Source: a virus
Taxonomy: Duplodnaviria > Caudoviricetes
DNA: 26,060 bases
Virus record (IMG/VR): IMGVR_UViG_3300025110_000112
Span: 1 to 26,060 of that record
Reading direction: 5' to 3' (one strand)
Made by a program: the position numbers and the translations under genes. Below, piece by piece: positions 16,108 to 25,503 of this stretch (its first letter is position 1; each line of letters opens with the position of its first letter). The notes under the pieces are model-generated. The model was not told where the DNA came from and ran no database searches. It saw nothing but the letters and a program-made list of their open reading frames with translations.

Positions 16108-16865
16108 TGTCTAGAACTTTAAAAAGACCTATGTTTAGAAGAGGTGGCCAAGTTAATGATGGTATCATGACTGGGCTTACTGATAGAAAACAATTACAAA
16201 ATGGAACTTTAAATCCAGAAATGATTAGAGGAACAACTCAAAATATCTTATCTGCAATGGATGAGTTTGCACCAATGCCTAAAACAAGATTACCTATTGG
16301 TCAGTTTGGTTTAGATATAGCAACAGGGACTCCTATAGGAGAAGCCTTAAAATCAGGTTATAAAACTTTTACAACACAAGACGATATGAGAAGAGCTGCA
16401 ATGGCTAAAAGAAAACAAGCAGCAGTATCAGCAGCAATATCATCACAGATGAATAAAAAAAATCAAAGTGTATTAACGGCAGAAAAAGAAGCAAGAGCAA
16501 TGTTACCAAGAAATGCAACTCCTGATCAAATCAGAAAAAAGACAGCTGAACTACTTGGCATAAAATATGGCCCTGGTAAAACATATGGACCAGAAGCTAA
16601 TTTAGAAAGAGCATTAGCTGATTATAGAAGACAATACGGTGATGGTAGCAAAGCATATAACCATGCTGCATTTGATACAAAAGTTGCACCAGCATTAAGA
16701 GAAGCAGGAAAAAATCCAAGATCAAACATTAAATTTAAAGATGGTAAATATAAAACAAAAGGTAAATCACCTGGAGTTTATATTGATGTAGAGAATGGAA
16801 AAGTAATTGAATTTGACGGCAACATAGCAAAAGAATTACCAGAATATTCAGCATTACTTAGATAG
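16107..16865 (+). CDS. Putative internal virion protein (252 aa, basic, GTG start)
   Basis: Stop/start overlap TAGTG; MSRTLKRPMFRRGG N-terminus; lies between ejection-type genes. Confidence 0.65.
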   Translation: MSRTLKRPMFRRGGQVNDGIMTGLTDRKQLQNGTLNPEMIRGTTQNILSAMDEFAPMPKTRLPIGQFGLDIATGTPIGEALKSGYKTFTTQDDMRRAAMAKRKQAAVSAAISSQMNKKNQSVLTAEKEARAMLPRNATPDQIRKKTAELLGIKYGPGKTYGPEANLERALADYRRQYGDGSKAYNHAAFDTKVAPALREAGKNPRSNIKFKDGKYKTKGKSPGVYIDVENGKVIEFDGNIAKELPEYSALLR

Positions 16866-16873
16866 GAGGATAA

Positions 16874-19800
16874 ATGGTGGAGATTATAGATCCAGAAGGC
16901 TTTACCTCCCTACGAGACGAAGAAATCAATAGTGAAAGAAGTGCAATCACCTCTGCTTTAGCGGGAGTTGCATCTGGTGTTATAAAAGTACCTGAAGGTG
17001 TTATATCTCTTGGTGCAGAATTAATTGATTTAGGTTTTGATACAGATCTTGCAGCAGATGTTGAACAAATGTTTGATAAAATAAATATATTTGAAGACAT
17101 TGCAGATGATACAGCAATAGGTAGACTTACAGAAGGTTTAGTTCAAATAGGTGTACCAGGTGGTATAGGTTTTAAACTAGCTAGTAAAGCAATTAAAGCT
17201 AAAAAAGCTGGTAACTACATGAACATAAAAGGTACTAACCTACAGAAAGCTGCAAAGAAAGCAGATGATTTTAATAAAACTATTGGTAAAAAAAGATTTG
17301 CAGCAGGAGTTGCAGGTGGGGCAGCAGGTGAAGCATTTGTTGCTGATGTAGAAGAACTTGGAACTTTTGGTGATGTGTTTGAAGCTGGGCCAACAGACTT
17401 AGAAGAAGTAACCGATGAAGGTGGTAGAGAAGATGCATTTAAAAAATTAATGAACAGAACAAAGTTTGGTGCAGAGTCTTTATTAATAACACCTATTGTA
17501 TATGGTGTAGGTAAAGGTATTAAGGCTGCAGCTTTACGTGGTAAAAACATAGAGTTTAGTAATTCAAAACTAGATAAATTTTTCAATAAAACATTTTCTG
17601 CATTAAGAGCTAGAGGTGCAAAACCACAATCAATCTTTGAAGCTAAAATGGCAGAAAAAGGTGCTACTATGGCTGATACCAACAGAGCTATGGAGTTAGT
17701 TAAGACAATAGATTCTGAAGTAGATAGTATGTTTCCAATGGTAAAATCTGTATTAGACAAATCATCAGACAAAAGAAAAGCTGACATATACAAAGAATTA
17801 AATGATATTTTATTTGAAGGTGAATTAAGTAAAGCTATTCCAAGCAGTGCAGCAGCTAGAACACACAAGTTTTTAAAAGACAATGGTGCAACAGACGAAT
17901 CCATAGAAAATATATTTGAAGCAATAGGTGGTGCAAGAGAAAAATTTGTAGATTTAATTAACGCATCATCAAACGCACCTAAAGATGTACAAACTTTAAA
18001 AACATTAATGGGTAAAAGAGTAAAAGATTATCTTGGTAGCACTTATAGAATATTTGAAGATAAATCTGTGTTGCCTTTTTTAGCTTACACACCAACAGAA
18101 GAAGCAATCAAAGGCACAAAAGAATATTTTAAAAGATATGCAAAAGAAAATGGTAAAAACCTAACAGATTTTCAAGCACAAAGCATGGTTGACGCTGTAA
18201 TTAAATCTGCAAAAAATCAAAAAGCACCTCCAGGTTTACCTATAAAATTTGCAAAAGGTACATTAGCAGAAGAGGGACCACAGATAGATAAATTTTTTAA
18301 AAGAGTTGTAACTGATGATATTAAACCAGAACGTTTGTTAGCTGAAACACCTGGTAAAGATAGAGCAGTTATAAAAAAATTGTTTGGTGAAATAGAAGAC
18401 CCTAGATTCTCTATCTACAATAGTATGACAAAGTTATCTAACATTGCTAGAAAAAATGAGTTGTTTGAAAATATTGCAAAACAAGATGATGCAATTAAAA
18501 AAGCAGCTACTGCAACTACACCGGGCGGATCAAGAGGTTTCTTTTTTGATGATGCATTAGAAGCAGCAGAAGCATTACCTAATCAAGAAATAGTAGAATT
18601 AGATAGATACATGACACCGTATTTTAAAGATGAGTTTACTGTTAATCCATTAGCAGGTAAGTTTACAACCAAAGCTATTGCTGAAGGATTAGGAGATAGC
18701 ACTAAAACTTTAAAATTTTTATTTGAACCTAGAGAAGGTGCAACCGGTATTGAAAAAGGATTAACATGGGGATACAGAAATTTAGTATTGTTTCCAAAAG
18801 CAGCATCACAAGTTGCAAAAACAATTTTATCACCGCAAACACATTTTAGAAATTTATTTTCTGCTACTGCTTTTTCTGCTGGTAATGGTATTTTATTTGA
18901 AAACCCTGCATTAGTTGGTAGAGCATTTAGAGATGCATTTGGTAAATTACAAGTAGGTACAAGATCAGCTGAAGCAAATGAAGCATATAGAGAATTATTA
19001 GAACTTGGTGTTGTAAACTCACAAGTACAATTAGGAGATATAAAAAATCTATTAACGGATACTCGTATGGGTGAAAATTTAAACATTGGAAAACCATTAG
19101 AGTCTATGATGAAAAAACTTACATCAGGAACGGGTAGAAAATTAAAATCAGGTATGAAATTTGCAGAAGATTTATATACAGCAGAAGATGATTTATTTAA
19201 AATAGCAAACTATGCTGTAGAGATGCAAAGGCTTAGAGGTGCATATACTAAAGCAGGTATAAAATTTACTGAAAGACAATTAAAAGAAGAAGCAGCTGAT
19301 ATTGTAAGAAACACTGTACCAAACTATGCTTATGTGTCAGATACTGTAAGAGCTTTAAGACGTCTACCACTTGGAACGTTTATGTCGTTTCCATCTGAGA
19401 TATTAAGAACAACAACTAATATTGCAAAACGTTCTATTAAAGAAATACAAAACCCTGCATTAAGATCTATCGGTTTAAAAAGATTAGCAGGTATGACAAC
19501 TGTATTAGCTGCAGCTCCATATGGAATACAAAAAGGATTTCAAGGTTTATACAATGTAACTAATGAAGAGTTACGTGCACTAAAACAATTTTTACCTGAG
19601 TGGTCTAAAAATTCTACTATTCTACCAATTAGAGATGAAGAAACAGGTGAATTAAAATATATAGATTTTAGTCATGGTAATGCATACGATACAGCTATTA
19701 GACCTTTTCAAACTTTACTTAATAATATTCAACAAGGTATAGAAAATGAAGATGTATTAATGAAAGGTATTATGACTGGTATGGCAGAAGCAGCCGGTGA

Positions 19801-20740
19801 ACTTGCATCACCATTTATATCAGAAGCAATTTATACTGAAGCAATGTTAGATTTAATTGCAAGAGGTGGTAAAACTAGAGAAGGTAGACAAATTTACACT
19901 GAAGCACAAATGGAAAATGAACCAGGAACTGCAATTAAAAACATGATTGAACACTTAGGAAAATCTATGTTACCTTTTTCTTACCCACAACTTACAAGAT
20001 TGTATCAAGCAGCAGCTGACAAACCATCAGAGCGTGGAGAGTTTTTTGAATTACCAGATGAGTTAACAGGATTTTTAGGGTACAGACAAGTTAAGATAGA
20101 TCCTGTTAGATCTATGGGTTTTAAAATTTCTGATTATCAAAGAGGTAACAGGGAAGCAAGAGCATTATTTACTGGAGGATCTGAGTCACTATTAAAAGGT
20201 GGACCTAAAACAGGAAGAGATGTTATTGAAAGATTTATTGTAGCTAACAAAGCTAAATTTAATAATGATAAACAAATGCGTTCAAATATTCAAGCTGCAG
20301 ATATTTTGGGTACAGACATGGACGCTATTAGAACTGAGTTTAGAGAAAGACAATTAATTAATTTATATAATAGATTAGACAATGATATCTATACACCATT
20401 CTTTCCATCAGAAAACATACAAAGAGAATTTAGACAAATTGAAGAACGTATTGGTGTAGATAATCCATTTGAAGAAGTAAGAGATGTGTTAATTGAAATA
20501 CAAGACGATTTAAGAGATTTATCTTTTGACGATGAATTTGATATTAATATAGATGAATATTTACCACCTATTGATGACTTGTCACAAGCACCACTGCCAC
20601 CAACACCAAACGTAGACCCAACAATGATACAACCGGTGCAACAAGCATCGTTAACACAGACAGGCTTAACACCATCAGAACAGGCATTGCTAAGTCCTGA
20701 AGAACAGGCTATAAGGTTAAGACAAAGGGGAATGGCATAA
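16874..20740 (+). CDS. Large internal virion/ejection protein (1288 aa)
   Basis: SD AGGAG; large, mostly helical; position analogous to the largest podovirus core protein; no catalytic motif recognised. Confidence 0.7.
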   Translation: MVEIIDPEGFTSLRDEEINSERSAITSALAGVASGVIKVPEGVISLGAELIDLGFDTDLAADVEQMFDKINIFEDIADDTAIGRLTEGLVQIGVPGGIGFKLASKAIKAKKAGNYMNIKGTNLQKAAKKADDFNKTIGKKRFAAGVAGGAAGEAFVADVEELGTFGDVFEAGPTDLEEVTDEGGREDAFKKLMNRTKFGAESLLITPIVYGVGKGIKAAALRGKNIEFSNSKLDKFFNKTFSALRARGAKPQSIFEAKMAEKGATMADTNRAMELVKTIDSEVDSMFPMVKSVLDKSSDKRKADIYKELNDILFEGELSKAIPSSAAARTHKFLKDNGATDESIENIFEAIGGAREKFVDLINASSNAPKDVQTLKTLMGKRVKDYLGSTYRIFEDKSVLPFLAYTPTEEAIKGTKEYFKRYAKENGKNLTDFQAQSMVDAVIKSAKNQKAPPGLPIKFAKGTLAEEGPQIDKFFKRVVTDDIKPERLLAETPGKDRAVIKKLFGEIEDPRFSIYNSMTKLSNIARKNELFENIAKQDDAIKKAATATTPGGSRGFFFDDALEAAEALPNQEIVELDRYMTPYFKDEFTVNPLAGKFTTKAIAEGLGDSTKTLKFLFEPREGATGIEKGLTWGYRNLVLFPKAASQVAKTILSPQTHFRNLFSATAFSAGNGILFENPALVGRAFRDAFGKLQVGTRSAEANEAYRELLELGVVNSQVQLGDIKNLLTDTRMGENLNIGKPLESMMKKLTSGTGRKLKSGMKFAEDLYTAEDDLFKIANYAVEMQRLRGAYTKAGIKFTERQLKEEAADIVRNTVPNYAYVSDTVRALRRLPLGTFMSFPSEILRTTTNIAKRSIKEIQNPALRSIGLKRLAGMTTVLAAAPYGIQKGFQGLYNVTNEELRALKQFLPEWSKNSTILPIRDEETGELKYIDFSHGNAYDTAIRPFQTLLNNIQQGIENEDVLMKGIMTGMAEAAGELASPFISEAIYTEAMLDLIARGGKTREGRQIYTEAQMENEPGTAIKNMIEHLGKSMLPFSYPQLTRLYQAAADKPSERGEFFELPDELTGFLGYRQVKIDPVRSMGFKISDYQRGNREARALFTGGSESLLKGGPKTGRDVIERFIVANKAKFNNDKQMRSNIQAADILGTDMDAIRTEFRERQLINLYNRLDNDIYTPFFPSENIQREFRQIEERIGVDNPFEEVRDVLIEIQDDLRDLSFDDEFDINIDEYLPPIDDLSQAPLPPTPNVDPTMIQPVQQASLTQTGLTPSEQALLSPEEQAIRLRQRGMA

Positions 20741-23445
20741 TGTCTAGTGAAGATTTTAAATCATTAATAGTAACCGATCCAGATTTAATTGATGAAGGTA
20801 TTGATGTATCTAATTTAAGAACACAAACAGATACAAATCCAAGATTACTAGGTGCTATTGAAGACTATCCAGGCATATCATATGATCCTACATCATACAG
20901 TTATCTTTCTGATCTTAACAGATTATTTGCATCTGGTTTACCAATAATAGACACATCACAACCTACAACACCAGCACCACCAAGTGGTGGCGAAGGAGGT
21001 GGAGGCACGCCTCCAGCAACAGGCGGCACACCAACACCTGATAATAATGCAGGTTTTGATCCAGGTGTAACTCCAGGTCCTTCTGGGTTTATAGGTCTAG
21101 ATCCAGAATATGATGTAAGTCCTTTTGAATATGATGATGCTCAAACTTATGAACCACCAGCATCACCTTCAACATCTGATCCTTTTTTAGCATCAGGCGC
21201 AGCAGGTGGCGCAAGGCTTCCCTCAACATCTCCACAAGAAGGTTTTTTAGCTTCAGGCGCAGCAGGTGGAGCAAATCTTCCAACCGAACCTCAAGAAGGT
21301 TTTTTAGCTTCAGGAGCGGCTGGAGGCGCAAATCTTCCAACACCAACTTATGCAAACACAGGTGACCCAAATTTATTAGATTTAGCTGGAGGAGAAGCTG
21401 GAGGAGCTGATGGATTTGGAATTATAGAAGATGTAGTAACAGAAGAAGATCTAGCAGATAACACAAGTCTATTAGAAAAATTAGGTCTTCCTGCAAACTT
21501 TGATATTAAAAAAGCAGCCATAGAAGCTGGTATAAATTTAGTAGCTGGTGTTCCAATAACTTTAATTGCAAAAGCATTAGAAGCAATATTACCTGACAGA
21601 GATCCAAGACAAAATGCATTAGATGAATTTTATACTACTGGAGAAGGTGCACAATATATGAATCCAAGTAGTCCAAACTATATACCAGGTATGGAAAACT
21701 ATAACACTGTATCAGGTAATCCTTTAGATCCTACATTTGGATTACAGGAAGCATATCAAGATAGAATTGATACAATAGAAAATACATTAGCAAATAAATA
21801 TGGCATGACTGCTGCTGAAATAGCAGATGTTAAAGCAGGTAGCTACACAGGTGATGTAGACAGTGACTTATTAGACAGATTAGTTGATCTTGAAGATGCT
21901 AAGAAAAAAGAACAAGATATATTAGGTATAACAGAAGGAGTAAAAACTGGTATAAAAGCGGCAGATGATGACAAAGGTAGTGATATGTTAACGACTACAC
22001 CAACAGGAGTCAATCCTTTTGCAAATATAGACACAGGAGTTGGAGAGTTTGACACTACACCAGTAACAGGCGTCACGCAACCAGGGACTATAGTTTCAGA
22101 TATATTTGATACTTTTCCACCAGATTACATTGGCCCCAATGTTACTGATGCAGAATTATATGGTGATGTTGACACTACACCAGATTTAGAGTTTGAAAAT
22201 ATTTATGAAGATGTAGATAGATTTGAAGAACCTGCACCAATGACTTTAGCTGATGATAAATTAAACAAAATGACAGACGATGTAGATTTAGATGATTTTG
22301 AATCTTTAGTTACACCAATTGAACCACCAGAACTACCTGATGAAACAGTAACAGGAATTAAAGGACCACCTTCTGAAATATCAGAACTACCTGATGAAAC
22401 AGTAACAGGAATTAAAGGACCACCTTCTGAAATATCAGAACTACCTGATGAAACAGTAACAGGAATTAAAGGACCACCTTCTGAAATATCAGACGATGTA
22501 GATTTAGATGAATTTGATACGGTTGGCTCTAATAGTTCACAACCGACAACAACAGAACTTAAAGATTCTGATTTTACAGCTCAAGACAAAAAAGATATTT
22601 TTGACAGAGAAAGAGAACTTGAAAATCAATACATGGAAGAAACGGGACAAGTCCCTAGAGAAGATCAGTTTTTAGGACAAGCTATAGATGAAATAGTAGC
22701 TAAAAAAACAACCACTTCAACATCTGTAACACCATTAGAAGATGACTTTGAATCTTTAGTTGAACCAACAGAATCACAGGTGACGGAAGGAGGCGATGAA
22801 GCAGGTACAGACGATAGCTCTAATAAAACCACAGACGCTTCTGGAACTGAGGGAGAAGATCAGGATAGATTTGAGGATGACGCAGATGAGTTTAGTGATG
22901 AAGAATTTATGGCTGGTGACACAAGTACAGCAGCTCCTACTACAGGTGATAGCGGTTCAGATAGTTTTTTCGATGCTGTAGATACAGCAGCTGAAACTGC
23001 TTCTTATAGTAACCAAGATTCATATGAATCTGCAGCATATGATGCACCTTCAAAACCTGCAACTAAAAAAGATTATGGACCTTACAGCAGCGGTGGCGGC
23101 GATGGCGGTAACGGTGGTGGTGGCGGCGGCAAAAGTATAGTTTGCACAGCTATGTATCAAACAACAGGATTAGAGGATTGGTCTAAAGCTATGAAGATTT
23201 GGTATATATATCAAAAAAAATATTTAACTATACAGCATCAAGAAGGATATCATAAATTATTTAAACCTTTTGTAAAAGCTATGCACAAAAGTAATATTGT
23301 AAAAGCCATAGGTGCACATTTTGCAAAACATAGAACACAGCATTTAAAACATGTAATGTTTAATAGTAAACCTTCATTGCTAGGTAAAATATATAATAAA
23401 ATACTAGAACCACTTTGTTATTGGGTAGGTAAAAATGCCAGGTAA
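20740..23445 (+). CDS. Acidic low-complexity protein with internal repeats and a basic Cys-initiated C-terminal domain (901 aa)
   Basis: TAATG-coupled; Asp/Glu/Thr/Pro-rich; poly-Gly linker then KSIVCTAMY...LCYWVGK. Confidence 0.75.
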   Translation: MSSEDFKSLIVTDPDLIDEGIDVSNLRTQTDTNPRLLGAIEDYPGISYDPTSYSYLSDLNRLFASGLPIIDTSQPTTPAPPSGGEGGGGTPPATGGTPTPDNNAGFDPGVTPGPSGFIGLDPEYDVSPFEYDDAQTYEPPASPSTSDPFLASGAAGGARLPSTSPQEGFLASGAAGGANLPTEPQEGFLASGAAGGANLPTPTYANTGDPNLLDLAGGEAGGADGFGIIEDVVTEEDLADNTSLLEKLGLPANFDIKKAAIEAGINLVAGVPITLIAKALEAILPDRDPRQNALDEFYTTGEGAQYMNPSSPNYIPGMENYNTVSGNPLDPTFGLQEAYQDRIDTIENTLANKYGMTAAEIADVKAGSYTGDVDSDLLDRLVDLEDAKKKEQDILGITEGVKTGIKAADDDKGSDMLTTTPTGVNPFANIDTGVGEFDTTPVTGVTQPGTIVSDIFDTFPPDYIGPNVTDAELYGDVDTTPDLEFENIYEDVDRFEEPAPMTLADDKLNKMTDDVDLDDFESLVTPIEPPELPDETVTGIKGPPSEISELPDETVTGIKGPPSEISELPDETVTGIKGPPSEISDDVDLDEFDTVGSNSSQPTTTELKDSDFTAQDKKDIFDRERELENQYMEETGQVPREDQFLGQAIDEIVAKKTTTSTSVTPLEDDFESLVEPTESQVTEGGDEAGTDDSSNKTTDASGTEGEDQDRFEDDADEFSDEEFMAGDTSTAAPTTGDSGSDSFFDAVDTAAETASYSNQDSYESAAYDAPSKPATKKDYGPYSSGGGDGGNGGGGGGKSIVCTAMYQTTGLEDWSKAMKIWYIYQKKYLTIQHQEGYHKLFKPFVKAMHKSNIVKAIGAHFAKHRTQHLKHVMFNSKPSLLGKIYNKILEPLCYWVGKNAR
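21184..21339 (+). repeat. Three degenerate coding repeats FLASGAAGGA(R/N)LP
   Basis: Copies start at 21184, 21244 and 21301. Confidence 0.9.
22328..22489 (+). repeat. Three exact 54-bp tandem repeats (ELPDETVTGIKGPPSEIS)
   Basis: Identical units 22328-22381, 22382-22435, 22436-22489. Confidence 0.97.
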
Positions 23446-23632
23446 GGAAAGCGCAATACAAAAAATAGAATCACACGAAAAGCTGTGTCGTATTATGCAA
23501 AAGCAAACCTACGATAGAATGAATCAATTACAAAACCATATAACTAGAATTGAAAGAATACTTTTAGTTTCTATGGGTGCTGTTATGACAGGTATGGGTG
23601 GTGTTATTGTAGTCTTGTTACAAAAATTGTAG
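23435..23632 (+). CDS. Small coiled-coil plus single transmembrane protein (holin/XhlA-like, 65 aa)
   Basis: Heptad-like N-terminus then hydrophobic ILLVSMGAVMTGMGGVIVVLL; last gene of the late module. Confidence 0.55.
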   Translation: MPGKESAIQKIESHEKLCRIMQKQTYDRMNQLQNHITRIERILLVSMGAVMTGMGGVIVVLLQKL

Positions 23633-23658
23633 CGCTCATACGTATATCCTATTTTTTC

Positions 23659-25089
23659 CTATATCCAAGCTTTTAATTCTTCTCCCATAACTTGACTTGC
23701 AATATTGACTTTTTTACGTAAAGCTTTTACAATTCTTTCATCTACTGTATCTTCACACATTATATCTATGTATGTCATAGGTTTAGTCTGACCAATACGA
23801 TCAATACGTGCTTCTGACTGTTGACGTTTTTCTAAATCATAACCATTAGAATAGTAAATCATATTAGAAGCTGCAGTAAGTGTAATACCATATCCACCAG
23901 TTTGAGGTGTACCTACAAAGAATCTACATTTTTCATCATCTTGAAAACGTTTTATGTTTTGCTGTCTTTCATCTTGTGGTGTCAAACCATAGTAATCTAC
24001 ATAACAGTCAGGGCCAAACTCATCTACGAGTGCATCTATAATATGTTTTACGTCACTTTGCCAATGAGCCCAGATAACAGCTTTACCTTCTATTTCACAT
24101 AGCACATCAACCAACTCATTTAGTCTATTGCTTTTTAGTTGTTGAACAGTGCCATCATCTGCTTTGAAATGGCCACAAGTTATTTGTTGCAATCTCATTA
24201 ACTGTGTCAATGCATTTGCAGTGGTAATCATCTTGCCATTTAATATTGCAAGTGCTTCTTTTTTCATCTGTGTATATACTTTGTTTTGATCCGGTGTAAG
24301 TTGTACAATACGTTTCATAAAAGTTTTCTTTGGTAGATCTAAACAATCATCTTTTAATACACGGTAAGAAAAAGGTTTTAGTTTTTCTGATAGTTCAGCA
24401 AGGTTACGATAACCAACTACAATCTGTACCGATCGTCCACCAAAATTTGCTGTCTTCATAATAGCGTATCTAGTTCTAAACGAGTAATAAGAATTATGAT
24501 CCAAGAGCCAGGGGTCAAGGAACTCGCATTGTTTGTATAAGTCTAATGGTGATTTAGTTACTGGTGATCCTGTAAGTATTCTTTTATATTTTGCATTTAC
24601 ACCAAGTGACACAATATTTTTTGTACGTTTAGCTTCTGGATTTTTTATTGTAGTAGACTCATCTATTGCCATCATCGTGTTGTGTGAGTTTATAAATTTA
24701 GCTGCAAAATCAACACCTTTAGTTGTAGATAAAGCTTCAACATTCATACATAAAATATGTAGATCAGTTCCTGTTTTAAATAATGTATCTAAAGTTTTTT
24801 GTTGTTGTTTTGTAATATTTGCTTGCCACAATACGGACACTTTTTCTATATGATCTGGTAAGTGTGTAGGTATTTCAGAACTATACCAATTTTTGTATAC
24901 ACCTTTTGGTGCAATAATTAATACACCATTAATTTTACCTTTGTCATAAAGCATTGCAACATTGTCTATCAACACTTTAGATTTACCTGTACCCATTTCC
25001 ATAAAATACGCAAAAGCTTTTTTCTCCCAAGACATTTCTAATGCTTTGAGTTGATGTGCGTATGGCTTAGTTTTAAATTTGTAATTCAT
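23659..25089 (-). CDS. SNF2-family (superfamily 2) DNA helicase/ATPase (476 aa)
   Basis: Motif I MEMGTGKS, II IDEST, III LTGSP, V GGYGITLTAA, VI QSEARIDRIGQ. Confidence 0.92.
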   Translation of the reverse strand: MNYKFKTKPYAHQLKALEMSWEKKAFAYFMEMGTGKSKVLIDNVAMLYDKGKINGVLIIAPKGVYKNWYSSEIPTHLPDHIEKVSVLWQANITKQQQKTLDTLFKTGTDLHILCMNVEALSTTKGVDFAAKFINSHNTMMAIDESTTIKNPEAKRTKNIVSLGVNAKYKRILTGSPVTKSPLDLYKQCEFLDPWLLDHNSYYSFRTRYAIMKTANFGGRSVQIVVGYRNLAELSEKLKPFSYRVLKDDCLDLPKKTFMKRIVQLTPDQNKVYTQMKKEALAILNGKMITTANALTQLMRLQQITCGHFKADDGTVQQLKSNRLNELVDVLCEIEGKAVIWAHWQSDVKHIIDALVDEFGPDCYVDYYGLTPQDERQQNIKRFQDDEKCRFFVGTPQTGGYGITLTAASNMIYYSNGYDLEKRQQSEARIDRIGQTKPMTYIDIMCEDTVDERIVKALRKKVNIASQVMGEELKAWI

Positions 25090-25110
25090 AATTTATTTTC
25101 TTCTTTCTAG

Positions 25111-25143
25111 TTGACAAGATATCAAATATAAAATAGAAGTCAA
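25111..25143. promoter_or_regulatory. Overlapping divergent sigma70-type promoters
   Basis: + strand TTGACA(25111-25116), 17 nt, TAGAAG(25134-25139); - strand TTGACT(25143-25138), 16 nt, TATCTT(25121-25116). Confidence 0.65.
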
Positions 25144-25146
25144 GCC

Positions 25147-25503
25147 ATGAAAGAAAATATAGTTTACGTGATACAGGAAATACCAGGTACAAAAACAGGT
25201 AACCCAAAAATAAATATTATTGGTGCCGGTAAATACGGTAAGTTTAAATTTTTACTTCCTGAATTATCACAAATTATTTTTTCTCCTGGTCCACTAATTT
25301 TTAAATTAAGAAATCTATTAAAAGATTTTACACCAGAAGATTATTTATTATTAACAGGTGATCCTGCAATTATTGGAGTTACATGTTCTATAGTTTCTGA
25401 TATGACTAATGGTAAATACAATTTATTAAAGTGGGACAAACAAGAAAGACAATACTATCCAATAGAAATAAATTTATATGAAAGAGGAAATACAGATGAG
25501 TGA
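25147..25503 (+). CDS. Conserved phage replication-module protein, function unknown (118 aa)
   Basis: Alpha/beta pattern VYVIQE...DYLLLTGDPAIIG...LLKWD; first gene after the divergent promoter. Confidence 0.75.
   Translation: MKENIVYVIQEIPGTKTGNPKINIIGAGKYGKFKFLLPELSQIIFSPGPLIFKLRNLLKDFTPEDYLLLTGDPAIIGVTCSIVSDMTNGKYNLLKWDKQERQYYPIEINLYERGNTDE

Noticed and set aside
17215-19086. Minus-strand ORFs (229, 167 aa) opposite the 1288-aa gene, and similar short alternative-frame ORFs elsewhere
   Set aside because: Fully nested in well-supported genes, with mirror-codon composition.
16874-20740. Virion RNA polymerase or lytic transglycosylase in the 1288-aa protein
   Set aside because: No catalytic motifs recognised; a profile search would be needed.
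22328-22489. CTGATGA...GAAA in each 54-bp repeat, suggestive of a hammerhead ribozyme core
   Set aside because: Bases flanking the would-be stem II do not pair; explained by Pro-Asp-Glu and Glu-Ile codons.
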